Assembly (NCBI GenBank): GCA_000320545.1
Contig: ADNK01000910.1
Span: forward strand, 33,735-97,734
Origin: Bigelowiella natans CCMP2755
Taxonomy: Eukaryota > Protista > Cercozoa
DNA: 64,000 nucleotides
Direction of reading: 5' to 3'
The notes beneath the pieces were generated by a model that saw only the letters and a program-made list of their open reading frames with translations, made no database searches and was not told where the DNA came from. This document shows positions 38,879 through 52,542 of this stretch, one piece after another; within the stretch, counting starts at the first letter, position 1, and each line of letters opens with the position of its first letter. The position numbers were made by a program, and so were the translations under genes.

Positions 38879-41800
38879 GATGTTAGTATTTCCACCTTAA
38901 ATGTTCGGACGTCGGGCTCTGCGGAGAGTACGCCAACTCTCTTGAACTGGAAATCTCCAAGAGATCTGCATTTGGGATTAATCAACCAGAGTCACTAAAT
39001 AATTGATTTTGGCACGAGAACCCTCGATCTTTGTTACACTCGCAGCGTCCTCGCTCTCTCTCTCTCCTCTCTCTCTCTGTCTTTATTGTTTACCTGGAGC
39101 AAGCTAGTCTGCAAGTGAGATTTGGGTGTTGCACCTATGGGCATCACGAGAGACGTTAAGCAGTCGGGGACTCGTGCGAAAAAGTACGCAACATAATGCT
39201 GTTGCCATACAAGCAAACTCTGTAAAAAAGGCCGTCGGTCTCTGTGTAGCATGCAACTCAATACACTACCCTCCAGCATCCGCTAAAAATGATGCTGCCC
39301 CCTGCGTCTTCAACGCGCTTGCGTTCCTACCATAGAGGAGTGACATTCCTTAAAGAGACGTTTTTTGAACAGTTTCTTGACGACATACCAAGGGGAGGTC
39401 TGGTTTATGATCGGTCGACAGTCTAATTGAATCATCGTCGCGCCCAAGCACAGCTCGGGAATCCCCCTGCAATTTAGTTCCACTTTGAGGACCACGGCAT
39501 ATTTGTGTCGAGAGACAGATATTACAATTCATCATCATCGGCATATTATGTTCTCTCTTCTGAATTGCTACCACGTTGGCCACGATGAGGTCAGTTCCAA
39601 CCACTACAACGCAGCATGCAGTGGTCCCGTCTATCCAGCCTTCTCTGATCCCCCCAGGGCCACCCAACCCAACACCAAAATTTCCTGAAAAATCAAGAAG
39701 ATCAAGATTGCACAACACCGCAATCGCAAAATATGACTGACGACTGAAGAACCAAAAATGGTGTATCTTATCGATTATTTTGATTCCCACCTATGCTTCC
39801 TGGGCTACTGTGCTCACGAGCCATCTCGAGAAACTCCCTCTCTATTTGCGCATAAGTATCCGAAAGCGCTGTCGCGAGAGCTTTGGCATTGACACCTAAA
39901 GCATAGAAAATGAATTGATACTATCCGATAACTGGCGCATACAATTATGAGAGAGAGGGATGGCCACCGTATTTACCGTCAACAGAGTCTCGCAAAGCTC
40001 TTTTTGTTTTCGCACTATTTTTGAAAAGTTCCGCAATTTTTTTGCTGGCAAAGGCAGCGGCCTTAGATCCTAGAATAGGAGGGATACGACGGGCAAGTCA
40101 CGTCAACAAGAAAAAGAGCAGAAAGGACAGAGATGAAACTATATTTACCTCCGTGACCATCGAAGACACCCGCGAATGCACACTGGCGATAGCCTTCATT
40201 TGTCGAATGAAGTAAAGGCACCAATGTGTATCTATCTTCCATATGCTGACGCAAGCCTATCAATAGATCGCGGGAGTGTTGGGAAAAGATACTCAACAAT
40301 TACAGCGTTCATAAAGTAAATAGAAGTTAAAAGACCTTTTTCTTCATGAACGCCCATTCCCAAAGGGCCGAGCCTTGCTTCCTCAGCACGAGCACGCAAT
40401 ATCCGCGGCGGAAGCCTCCTTCCCCCTTCGCCTAAAAAGCCAACTTTCTTCTTGCTAGTACTAGGATATGGTCTCCCCATTTCTTCTAGCCTCCGTCGTC
40501 TTTTTTTCCTGCGAGATTCCCTTTCGAACTGCCGTTGCGTCATCTCGGCCATGGATTTCACACGGAATCTGCTGCTACTGCTACTACTCCTACTGTCTAC
40601 ACTCCCACTACTCATCTCATCTTCGTGAGAAGCTATCAGCATTCTCCTTTTCTTCTCGCGCTTCAAGCGTTGCTTTCGCTTTTTTCCATGCCGGTCGTTA
40701 GTATCTGGGGACATCATTGTTCCTTTGATTCGCTTCTCATCTTTTAATCCTACTACTAGAGGTTCTACTATTTGCTTTGTATCGCATTGATCTCCATCTT
40801 TATCGGCGTCATTATCAGCAAAGCTTAAATTGCTTGATTTCACTGAACTCTTCACCTTCTTGCGTTTCATCTTCCGCTTCTTCTTCTTTTTCTTGAGCTT
40901 TTCTTCCTTCGATAACAATCGGGATTCATCACGCATCTCTTCCACTTCGTTATCACTGTCCTCGCTTACACTCTGAGCTATTCTCTTTCGCATCTCTCTT
41001 AGTTTCCTCATGCGTCGAAGCGGTGAGGTAGGCGAGTCCTCTACCGTGACCTCAACCGTATCACAGCCCCTCGTTTCCTCGAGAATCTCCCCGCTCCTCT
41101 TCGATGGGGACAGTTGCTCTATTACTCTTTTCCCACTTGTGGGGGGGTTTATCTGGGTTGGCCCATTTTCTGGGCATTCCTTTCCTCCGCTATGTTTTGC
41201 CCTCTCCATAATTTCTCCGTTGAACCGGCCTCTCAACCCATTCAGTTTGGCAAACTTTGCGAGTAAGGGGAGCTTTGAAGTTTAACTTTCAATTCAGCTT
41301 TCTCACCTCTCTGGATGAAGAGGAAATCAAATTAGTTTTGCCTTTCTCATCGTACCGAACAAATTCGCGACACTCGAAGAAATTGGGCTCTAAACTAACG
41401 AAAGCAGAAGCTAACAACTCCCTTCCACATGTGAATTTCCTGAATCAATCTCAAGGGGAACAATGAGTGAAACCTTCGTGCCTACAGAAGACCACCGCTA
41501 TCATTACCTTGCGTAGCCTTTGAAGGGAGCCTGCCGTAGCTCGTTTGCTTTGTTACGATCGAGATTTGGTCAATTGAGCAGCTCGCAACTATATCCTTTT
41601 CGTATCAAAAAGGACTTCCAATTCTATTCTGCGTCTTCCAGTATATACGTCGCACATGACATTTTCCGAAATTCAGTACCCTCTCAAGAGCCCGAAAATG
41701 ATGTCTAATCTGAAACGTTGCTTTTCGCCCTTCACGTTGCCGGAATCCATTCAATGATCTTCTCCTCGGATTTTGTCGTTCTGGGCCAGATCGCAAGCTG

Positions 41801-42040
41801 ATCACATCCTGCGACTGCAGTTTCTCGTTGTCGTTCTCCGTTCTTGCTTTCGACAATTCATTCCGAGTTCGTGATGAAGTCTCGCGACCAAGTTTCGGCC
41901 TGATATGTTCGCATAGAACTCCTCGTCGCTCCGCCTCCGTGCTTGTGCTTGCCACAAGCAGAGAAGCGTGCACGAGCGTGGAGACCGAGGAGGATACGCT
42001 CTCTCTTTTTCCCGGTTGACCAATCGATACGGGCAGCAGC
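38409..42040 (-). CDS. PP2C/PPM protein phosphatase with a long charged low-complexity N-terminus (start approximate)
   Basis: GLRQHMEDRY, AFAGVFDGHGG, LIVANV|GDSRAVL, RLSTDHKPD, SRSLGDFQFK, FLILASDGVWDVLS and GTMDNVTVVVL. Lys/Arg-rich NLS-like segments upstream in ORF 40232-41236. Confidence 0.88.
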
Positions 42041-42105
42041 ACAGCAGCTGATGATGTAGAAATCTACGTTAGAACCTTGCCATTGCTTTGAAGCCCAACA
42101 ATAGT

Positions 42106-43846
42106 ATGACGCAGCGTCACCGTAGCAACAGGCGAATGTGGTGCCCCTCTCCCCAATTTTGTTCGTCGTTGTTGGCTTACACGCCAAGAACCAGGCTGTT
42201 TGGGGGAGTTATGGTGTTGGCAATGATTACACTTGCGATTCTACCATTTTCTACTCACCATCACTACAGTAGCCAAAAAGTCGTCAATCACCACGAGTTG
42301 CAGAAGGCGGGTTTCATCCCTGAGAGGATACGGAAAAGCATAGAAAGCCGCGAAATGACCAATAGCAGCATCGAATTCGATTGTGTCGATGTTATCACAG
42401 GAGACCCGGCGTCATCGGTGAGCGATAGAAGAAGAAGAAGAACAGGAAGGGACTGCTCACACCGTATCGTGGTTGTCAACGACGGTCGCATCCACAATTT
42501 CAAGCGCGAGCGGCCTGCTCCTGAGGAATCCCGAGTCCGTCGCAGATTGCGTCAATGTGGTCAGCTTGAAGAGGTAATGTGGGCGACAGGCAACTGGGCG
42601 CCAGAACGGATCGATGCTCACGGAAGATGGGCATCGGAGCTACGCTGCTGGGATGGCGCCACCGGATTAACCTGGCCGAATCACGTGTGCAAGGGATGGT
42701 ATTGGCAATATGACCCGACAGCTCCTAAATCAGACCTGGCCCACTCCCTCTTTAGACGCGGCGGGATTACGTACGCTTTACCGTTTCGTCACGCATCTCC
42801 CCTCGTTTCGCTGCCAAGTCCTAGTACGCTCACACCCGTGCCGTCAAAGCATCAGCACTCCTCATCGTCACCCGCCACACCGCCCCCAGCGAGAGTCGAT
42901 CTCGCACAACTATACCGTGAGGCAGTTGAGTATGTTCGCAGTCTTCATACCCGTGCGTGTGAGGATGATGGATCCACGCCTGTGTTAGTGTACCGTGTGC
43001 ATCTTGCAGGCTGGGGCAACGAGTTATCCACGGTAATTAATGCATTCGCTCACGCAACAGCCGAAGGCCGAACGCTCATTGTAGCACACGAAGACAGGAC
43101 TACTCTCTCCTCCCTGACAAAGTATTCGCAAGCGGACATCTTGCTCCCCTCTTCATGCGAGAAGAAGGGAGGGTACGGCGGCGATGCGAAGAGCTACGAC
43201 AGAAAGACATTGCCCTCGACTCCTGCTCAAATCCCTCGACGATTCTCTCCTTTGGGGCCGCTGCGGTGGTACCAGCTCCTTTCCAAGATACTCATCCGCC
43301 CCTCTCGACGCTTGGTTGCCAGTATGCTCCGCATTATGATTGGGGAGGCGGAATCTCCTCCTTTACCTGATAATCACCACCATCATCATCCTCATCATAG
43401 TCCTGCCAGCTTCGATGAGGAGGTACTCGAGCGCATGGTAGACAAAATCGTGGGGCCGAAAGCAGACGCTAGTGATGAAGAAGGGGAATATACCTGGTGG
43501 TGGGAGAATGTCACCGTCGCACCAACCGATGAGGACGAAGACGCACAAAAGGCGGAGGAGGAGGAGGAGGAGGATATGGCGATAATGCCACATGGGTTCC
43601 CAGAGCGTTTCATAGCTGCTATTGGTCCTCACTATAATACCCGAGAAGAACATCGTAGTTATGGTGATGGCAAGCACCGAAAAGGAGCTCTGAAAGAGCA
43701 TGGTGCGCGCATTGCCGTTCATGTAAGGTTGGGCGATGCGTGTGGCTTTGGGTCAAGTTGCACTTCCAAGCAAAGACCACGCCATTGCATTCAAGAGATA
43801 CAACCATACCTCGATCTCCTCATAGAAAGGTAGTATTACCACCGTA

Positions 43847-43881
<35 letters not shown>

Positions 43882-45810
43882 GAATTTTTAGCTCTTTTCT
43901 TAATAAATATGTGGGTGTGCGTGTGCGTGTGCGCGCGCGTGTGTGCATGTGTGTGTGTCGTGTGACATCTCCTGTATCTCTTACATTTCCCTGCTGGTGT
44001 TGGTACAGGGGCATTACAAGCGGAAGTGTGTATGTGGCGACGGACTCTCAAGCGATAATAGCTTCTGTGAAATCCCTCCAGGATGAGATTCGTCATCATG
44101 CTAATCATCATCACCCTGCCCCTAGCAGCGGTATTAGCGACCGTGTGCACCTTTCAATAGGTGATGATGACGATGAAACAAAGACTGCATTCCTTCCGAA
44201 CGATCATCTTGCCGATAATGAAGATAATGGCACAAACGAGGAGGAGGAGGAGGAGGAGGAGGAGAATGGGTCTAGGGACAAAGGAAAAGGCTTTGCACCA
44301 CCACCACCACCACCATCATCGTCGTCGTCGTCGTCGTCGCTTCTGTCCTCCCAACATTCCGCCGCAGCATACAGAGGGTTTAGTTTCAGATTCCAGAGCT
44401 TTTCCAGAGATGCCTATGAAGAGGACAAGGGCGACCTCATTGAGGAGAAGGAGAGTGGAGCTGACACCTTCCTCGAAGAGGTGGCTCTTAGTTACGACGA
44501 GACCGCCTACCATCTTTTCATTTGTGCGCGCACTCACGCATCACTGCATCATCGATGGGTACAATCGGCGGTGCAGGCTGATTGGGACCTTTGTCTAGTC
44601 ATCATTCCCTGCTATGCTCGCACATTCTCATCGTGTCTTTTTCCCAAACGTCTGTCTAAGATTAGCCGTCCGGATATCCATTCGCCGAAGTATCTACTTC
44701 TCATCTCTCGTCGTTCTCCCTCCCCCCCCTTTTCTTGCCGCTGTGATATTGGTCTTTGCTACTTTCAGATTCTCGTGGAACTTGTCTTTCTTTCAACAGC
44801 CTCGACGCTCCTTGGATCCTTTTACAGGTCGCAAAAATGATAAAAGGAAGCGATAGAATAATTCGCTTATGCTCTTTCCCCGCGCCCCCCCCCCCCCCCC
44901 CCCCCTGCTGCGCTGATCCGACCGTATCTCTCCCCCCTTACAAAATACCTGTGATTGTGGAAGCAACGTGCCCCGGTTGGCTATAAATCTCGGTATAATC
45001 GAGTCGTACATATCGCTAGACTCCATGTGGTGTGTGCACTTTGGCTGCTCGCTATTCGATAGACCTTGGTGGCTCTTAGGTCAGTCAGCATCAGCGCGAT
45101 GATTACTTATCGCCGTCGTCGCACGAAAGCAAGATTTTCTTCCCATGGTTTCTTCTGTCGTTGTGCGCCGCTTCTCCTTCCGTTCAGCTATGTTTCTCTC
45201 GCTCAACCTCCGTCGTGTTCGTCTTGCAGGTGAGAACGCTTTTGCCAAAGAGCTTGGCTATGCAGCCGGAATTCAGGTGCTCCTTACTGCTGCTGCAGTA
45301 CAGCAGCTTGTGCTGATGATAAAGATATTGATAAAGATGATGATGATGATGATGATTATGATGATTATGATAGCGCATATTATAGTGTGGTACTACTCTT
45401 AGCTGTCATTGCTAAATGTTGTGATATAGTTTATATCGATTTATCATATCGATATAACTCTCCAATATCCTCTCTTACTACCCGCACCACACCCCCGACT
45501 CGCTCCTTCTCCTCCCCCCCCATCATCACCAATTAGATGTACTTCGAGTCTCACTGGACAGGGAAACCGCGAGTTGATCTCGAGAATCTGCACAGCTTCT
45601 TAGCAATTCAAACGCCACCGACATCGCTACACGAGGTAGTTGAGGAGTTCCAACGAGTAGCCGGGGACAGGTGCGACAAGGCTCGAGTGGGATTGGCAAA
45701 TTCAGCCGTTAATTGCAGGATTGATGCAGCGTCTTCAAGGAATATTCTAGTCGGAGGAGAATCGTTCAAGGGGGGGGGATTGCATGACCTCGTCCGCTGG
45801 CTGCTGAAAT

Positions 45811-45843
<33 letters not shown>

Positions 45844-45869
45844 TGAACAGCCGTGGCTGGGAAGGATGA
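42106..45869 (+). CDS. Type II membrane fucosyltransferase, FUT8/NodZ-like (GT23-like)
   Basis: N-terminal TM anchor (LFGGVMVLAMITLAILPF), AGWGNEL..AFAHATAEGRTLIV, IAVHVRLGD (alpha-2/alpha-6 FucT motif I), VYVATDS (motif II) and LVELVFLSTASTLLGSFYS (motif III). Confidence 0.75.
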
Positions 45870-46936
45870 TGATGAGAGCAAGAAAAGTAATGAATGAAAA
45901 TAATAATAGTGATAATAATAATAGCGGATGATGCACAGTATTTTCTACCGCTCCAGCTGTGCAAGTTGTTTCATATGTTCAGAAGGCCAATGCAGAGTGG
46001 AAATCGAGTGTGAAAGGGCTACTATATGCCTCGCCCGACTACCCTACTACCTCTATCTTCTCGCATTCTTTCTTCATTTGAGCTCGATGACAGAGCATTC
46101 GTCTGGCCACGCTAGCACGCTTTCGTCATGTGAGCGAGGTGGTAGGTGGATCTCTCTGCAGCCTTCCCCAGATATTATGCGCTCACGCACTAGCAACCTC
46201 TCAATACATGAATCCCTAGCATAGCTAGATAGCCAGATAGATAGATAGCTTCTTGCCTTTAGTAAGGGGTTTCTTTTAGATCTAGAGATAATTGACGACC
46301 TAAGAACGACAATCCTTACCTAGGACTATCTATAGCTATATCTAGCTATCTAGCTAGCTAACTATGTGCACACTTCACATGCAAGTTGTCTGGTTGTCAG
46401 AGACAAATGTGGGTTCATCAATGTCAAAAATGAAGTACGCTGATATCCCTGCGATCGACCCTAGCCCTTAATACGTCACACGTCTGGAGAGATCTCGAGA
46501 AATCTAGATTTCGCTATGTTCGTTCACATCTAATAGAGCTGCCGCGTGTACGCTAATATGATTGGCCATCGCTACGCACACTGTGAGACATACAGCACCT
46601 TGTCTAGCTCATATCACGCTCCACGTAATGTGTTATAGCGTACTCTAATCTAAGCTAATGTGCGCTGATTAGGCGCTGTACGTATATGAGTATGTGCACA
46701 GACAAGTAATTGTAGATTGATATTATTATTTGAAAAATTAAGCAATCGCCAGCTTTTACGGCCAAGCGGCGTATATCAATCTATACATCAGTAGATTGAC
46801 TGACGACCTGCTAGATCACGCATGTCATTGTCACTCGAACAAGGAAGAAGCTATGAATAGCGATTATAAGCAATGGATTTATTGCCCGACGCTACTTCCA
46901 TTCCCCGTTACATCCCAGACCTCGCTACATGAGCCA

Positions 46937-48889
46937 TCATACACGAGACGGTGCATCATTTCTCCGTAGATTCTTCTGTTCGAGCTGCCCCTGATTCATG
47001 CTGCTTTTGCTCCTGGTGTAGCTCCTCGAAAGGCGGTGTCCGCCCCCCTGCTTCAAGTCGTCGTGCACCAGGAATACATGTGTAGCATCGGCAGCAGGCA
47101 CGGTCGAGGACCGGGATGGAGGGTCAGCTCGGGACTTGATATCGCTCACGAGGTGTGCGTTGTTGTGGGGCTGTCGAGCGCGGGTGTACGTGCGGTCATC
47201 CGCCCAGTTCTTCGAGCCGTTCCCCCCGTTGTAGCAGAGGTAGAGGCACCCGCCTATGATGATGCTTCCCGCACAGATGCCAATGATCACCGCGATCTGG
47301 ATCGCCAGCTTCTCGTCGTCCGAAGGCTCGGCCTTGGTCGGCCGGAGAGGCGTTTGACCTCCATCGCTGCTAGTGGACAGCGAGGTCAGGGAGGGCTCAC
47401 CGTATTTCGCGACGAAGGCGGAGCTGAAAGCGAACGTCACGAGCGCTGTCGCGTATTCCTCTGCTTGCGTCTCATCCGAGAAGACGACTGAAAAAGATAG
47501 GGTAACACTGCCGCACGCCGTAGATACGGAGACGCTGGGCGGAGGCATCGAAGGAGGAGCCACAGAGCTTAGTTCTGACAAACAATATGCGCAAACATGG
47601 TGAATCATATATCGTTCAACTCTCCATCCTTCCTTCTGCAGCAAAGTTAAGTAAGTGTAAACTCAAGAAACTGGCATTAAAACGTGCCAAGATCGCTCTG
47701 ATGACGTCCAAAACCAGCGTTGAGCATGGTCTTGAGACGTTCACGGCATCTATACAAAACGCGAAATAGTATTTGACGTTCGGAGTAGCATGTTCTTCTT
47801 TTTCTTTTTCTGAATAAGTAAGTTGGCTGGGTGTCGTGGCAGATATGAATCTGCTGTGGAAGTGCCCAAAATCTCTATGGCCGACCTTCCTCCGCATCTT
47901 CCCTGAGCGCATCTGTGGAGATTGAGTCGCACGACAGCTCGCTCAAAAGCAGGCTTCCTACCACAGCTATCGTCGTTCCGGATGATGACTCTGAGAATGT
48001 ATCATGAGAATAGAACAATGGACCTGCTGCTGCTGCTACTGCTGGTTAGCATGATGACTTCAGATTATGGTGTTTTGAGCTGTGTGTAACGTTAATAAGA
48101 AGTATATGCTCGTTGGTTTGTTAGAATTCTAAGAAAATGATTCCTTAAAAAAGTACTAAAAATGCGGGATGGTGGTGGTGGTGGTGGTGATGATGATGAT
48201 GAGAATCCATATATCCGTCCCTGTGTCTGACATTGCAGAATCGTACAAGGAAGGATATGTGGGAGCTGCGTCTGCGCTGCTGCTGTCGTCGTCGTTCATG
48301 CCTCATCACCACTCACAACTTGTTCAGAGCTATCTGCTGCACGATGTGAATATGATGACACAGTCTCTGATTACCTTGTACTGTCGGCGAGGATGTAGCT
48401 GCCGCGGGGGGGGGGGGAGACGGCTCCTCGCCCTCGTTCAGAGAGGCCACCGTCCCCACCATAAACGCATTTCCATCAGTCGTGAAACATGCGCTATCAG
48501 GTGTGGACACAACGCCCCATATGTATCTTACTTGGCCATGGTTCCACGATATAGGCACCCTCATCTCGGCACGATATCTGATAGATGATGATGATGATGA
48601 TGATGACGATGACGATGATGATGACGATGATGATGATGGTGATGCATGATGCATGATAGTAGCGAAGGTTGGCTCGCACGTATGTCGAGAGAAAAGGTTA
48701 TCGAATGGGCAAGTGACGGGAACGGGTAAATCATCTGTTGTTGGTGTCTATTTTCTGAGTATATATAATGCGATGTGGCAGCGGCCTGCATAATGTATCC
48801 ATGGGAGCTGTCAGTCAGGTCCTTAATGTTTCATTCATCTGTGCGTGTACTACTCACTACTACAACTATGACAACTACCACTACTACTT

Positions 48890-48925
<36 letters not shown>

Positions 48926-51567
48926 GACCTACTCACGTTTGCATGGTAGCAATGCTCGGCGTTTCGAGTCTCCCCAGTAGCAGACTTCCATTGTTTATTT
49001 CCGATGAAGAGGAGGAGGAGGAGGAGGAGGAGGAGGAGGGGGATGAGGGAGGCAGAGCAGCAGCCGGTGTCGCCAGAAAGTGCACCTCTGCCTCAGAGCT
49101 CCTCACGCCAACGTTTATCAGCGTTAATCGAACGAGAAACCCATCGGCTGTCGTGGATATCACCTCGGAGAATGACAGTTCATCCTCAGCGCCCGCTGCT
49201 GGCACGGCAGCAACACCTGACATTGGAATGGCGCCCTCCCCCTCCCCGTCGTCATTCTGCGTGTATAGATCGAAGACGTCGGCGGCGTAGCGCTTGATTT
49301 GACAATGCGGTTGGGGGGTGGGCCATGAGGTGTTGGTGCGGGAGGGAATTCCGAGGCGGTCCGCTATTATCGAGGCGAAGGTTGGTGAGATCTTCAAACC
49401 CCAGCTCCAGCAGCCCGAGTATCGGTGCTGGAAGAAGAAACACGAGGAGGAGGAGAAGAAAGGATGATCATGATCATGATGATGATGGCGATAGGCCGTT
49501 CACGGTGATGATAGCGGTGCTACTAAATGCTAAAGCAGCAGCAGCTGCAACGAGAAAACAGGGGAGCGAGATGACGGCTGTGTCTAAGAACGAATGGATG
49601 ATATGACGGGGAATGCTGATGATGATGATCACGATAATGATGATGCAGGTGAAGCAGTCTCTCGACGGAGGAACATTGGACTGTGGCATGACAAAAATCA
49701 ATCACCGTGAGAATTGCTCGCACCACGCCGCTCTCTGGAGAGTATCTGTTGATGATCATGAAGGGGGAAGGTTGCTTTAGATTTAGGGTGCTCAGGAGAA
49801 GTGATGCTGACGATGATGATGATGACATTGGGGGACAAGAGGCATTGGTGTGGCCGTAAGCCGCCTACAGCATTTTGACGACGACGACGACCACAACTTC
49901 ACCCACTCCTCACTACTACATCGGTGCGCCACTCTCTCCCGCCCATGTGAAGCTCGGATCAGCTGCTTGAAGCTGGTACTGAAACTCGGTCAAGGACTTG
50001 TCACGCGAGTATTGATTGAGGAAATGCTGCGGAAACAATTCCCCCAAAGACTCCTGAGGACCAGGATATCCGCTAATTCGTGCTGTGATAGTGCTCTCTC
50101 TATCACCTGCTCTTTCTGCATCATCCTCATCATGGATATAGTTATTGTTGGAATAATCAATGGAGAAACTGCCCCCCAATCCAACCCTATCTGTGCCGCA
50201 TATCTGAAGCAGAAAGGTAGGCATTGAGCGTGCAAGTTAGTAGTGATAGTGGAGATAGTAATAATAATAATAAGAATAATAATAATAATAGTAGTAGTAG
50301 TAGGAGGCAAGAATAATATTAATGGTAGGAGGCGGTTGCACGAAAGGACAGATAAAGATGCGTCCCCTCGAACATACTACCAGCTACAACGAGCAGGGTG
50401 ACAATATGAGGCGCGGTGAGGGTACTTACAGCATCTTCTGCTGCTATTATCCCTTATTATATATGATGTGCTACTACCTGAATATCGTAACGATAGTCGA
50501 CCTTTTGCTCCTGGCAGCTTTCTCCGACCGTTTCTTCATGGAACTCGGAAAGATACGCGCACGAGTTGAGAAGCATAGTGCCAAGATGAGCGAAATCGGT
50601 CTCGTTCGAGTGCACGCCGTACCCGCAGTTTACCCTTACCTCTGCTGCGGGGCCCTTGCACTTATCATACGTACAGTGCCGAGCGGTCAGAATGTGGTGC
50701 GGCCCGACTCGTGCGCCGCTGCATATGAATTTCGATCCTGGTGGTGGGTTGAGTAGGGGAAAGTAGGAGGGAAATGTGCTGGAATCAACTTCATCGACTT
50801 TCTTCTGAACAGGGGTATTTATCAAGGGGAGACAGACGAAACAGCAGCAGCCCCTCCCACCCCCCACCCTCGTTTCAGCTACGATTCCTCCTGATCAACT
50901 AGTCATATCTGTTTGTTCGTTGTTCTTTTCCATGCCTTCTACATAAATACGCCATCGCTCTGTTCTTACCGTCTCGATACGTGACAAATAGCTTGCAAAC
51001 GTTCTGGTTGAGGCCTTCCCAGGGCCTGGCCACCTTTACGAATTCCTCCTCAGGTATTGTCCGGGGATGAAGCTCAAACGCGCACTCATCAGAGTCTCCT
51101 AGATCGGGATTTTGCTCTTCTGGGTTTTCCTTGAAGTTTCTCGGTTGGATGGTTGGAGCAAATTGCTTGGAGAACTGCCTGTAGTCGATCTCGTATGTGA
51201 TTTCACCAGCAGCTGCTGCAGAATTTGCAGTGACTTTCGTCGAAAGTAGCTTCGGTAACGAATTTAAAGACTTCTTGCGGCTGTAGAGGGATGCCACATC
51301 AAGACGCGTTGGGTTTAGTCCGTCGTTTTGGTTAAGTTTCTCTTGGGAAGTAGAAGCAAAGCTTTCCAGCCCCGTTTGTTGACGATGGTGGTGGTGGTGG
51401 TGGTGGTAGTGGTGAGAGTGGTGATGGTGCTGCCACTGCGATTCCGATATACTCTCATCAGGATCCCTATCCAACTCTTTTCTTAATCTCTCCGTTGTTG
51501 TCCATGTAGTAAATACAAGCGACCTACAAAGAATGAGAAACAGACAGGCTGCCCTCGACGACACCAT
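46937..51567 (-). CDS. Single-pass membrane trypsin-like (V8/S1B-type) serine protease
   Basis: Signal peptide MVSSRAACLFLILC. Catalytic triad candidates CSGARVGPHHILTARHC (His), RYDIQ (Asp) and AGESGAP (Ser), plus ISGYPG. C-terminal TM LAIQIAVIIGICAGSIIIGGCLYLCY followed by a cytoplasmic tail. Confidence 0.75.
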
Positions 51568-52060
51568 TGCAACCAAGGAGCTCTTGGGAATACAAAGGAT
51601 TGTTTCCTCACTTGCTTTGTGATGTTCATCAAGAAAGGCTGTAGCTTTGCGCTCTAAACCAAGACTGTGGATTTAGTGTTCGTCAAACAAATCATTGCAC
51701 ATTTCGAGTTGGTAAAAAAAACTGGGATTTGAGGCATCGCAAAAGCACCGAACAAATTTCTGAAAATTTCCCTTATAAAAGATTCTGCGACAAGGAAAAA
51801 ATGCCTACCTTACTACTACCACTATACCGGTATTACGATTTTAGATCTACGGTAACTTACGTAATTTACCCTGAATTTGAGCACTGATGACCAATGACCA
51901 CACGCAGATCTGGAACTATAAATATTGACATCTGCGCAGATGCCCTTTTTATTGATTCATTTCTCTCCAAAAGGGAGGGAACTTCTGGATAATTTGAACT
52001 TGCGACATGAAAAAGATTGGCATTTCGCTAGTTCGAAATACAAACCGCGTACGTGACTCA

Positions 52061-52519
52061 GAGCCGTCCTACGCAAAACAACTCTGCAACATGTTACATG
52101 AAATTCGCTGTTCTAAATGGTGAACTTACATGTACTGTGATTCTCCCTAATTTTCGAAATTCTGGAAAAACCGTTTTATTGCAAAAAAGTTGCAACATGT
52201 TGCAACATTTCGGTCTGTATATTTTGGTGGTTTGAATTCTCTCCTGACAAAATCACATTACATGTACATTCTGCATGAAAATTTGAATTCTTTCTTCTTC
52301 CTACTTCAATTTAAATGCCCACCACAGGTGTGGTTTTTTTTTAGGACATATCACCTACATGCACATGACTAAACATTGAAGTGCGAAATTGACCATTACC
52401 CAATTGCATGTCCACAAATTGTGTGAATTTTTGCGTAGGAAGACATCGAAAATGCACTAAAAAGTAACGGTTTTTGTTGCATGTAACATGTTGCAGAGTT
52501 GTTTTGCGTAGGACGGCTC
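52061..52519. mobile_element. Non-autonomous MITE, PIF/Harbinger (Tourist)-like
   Basis: Perfect 40-bp terminal inverted repeats GAGCCGTCCTACGCAAAACAACTCTGCAACATGTTACATG at 52061-52100 and 52480-52519. Flanked by a 3-bp TCA target-site duplication (52058-52060, 52520-52522). 459 bp long, with no transposase ORF. Confidence 0.88.
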
Positions 52520-52542
52520 TCAGTGATCGACATATTTTAACA

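Noticed and set aside
52474-52542. N-terminal extension of the LRR ORF in the ORF track
   Set aside because: It begins at a TTG inside the MITE TIR. The ATG at 52543 gives a plausible myristoylated N-terminus.
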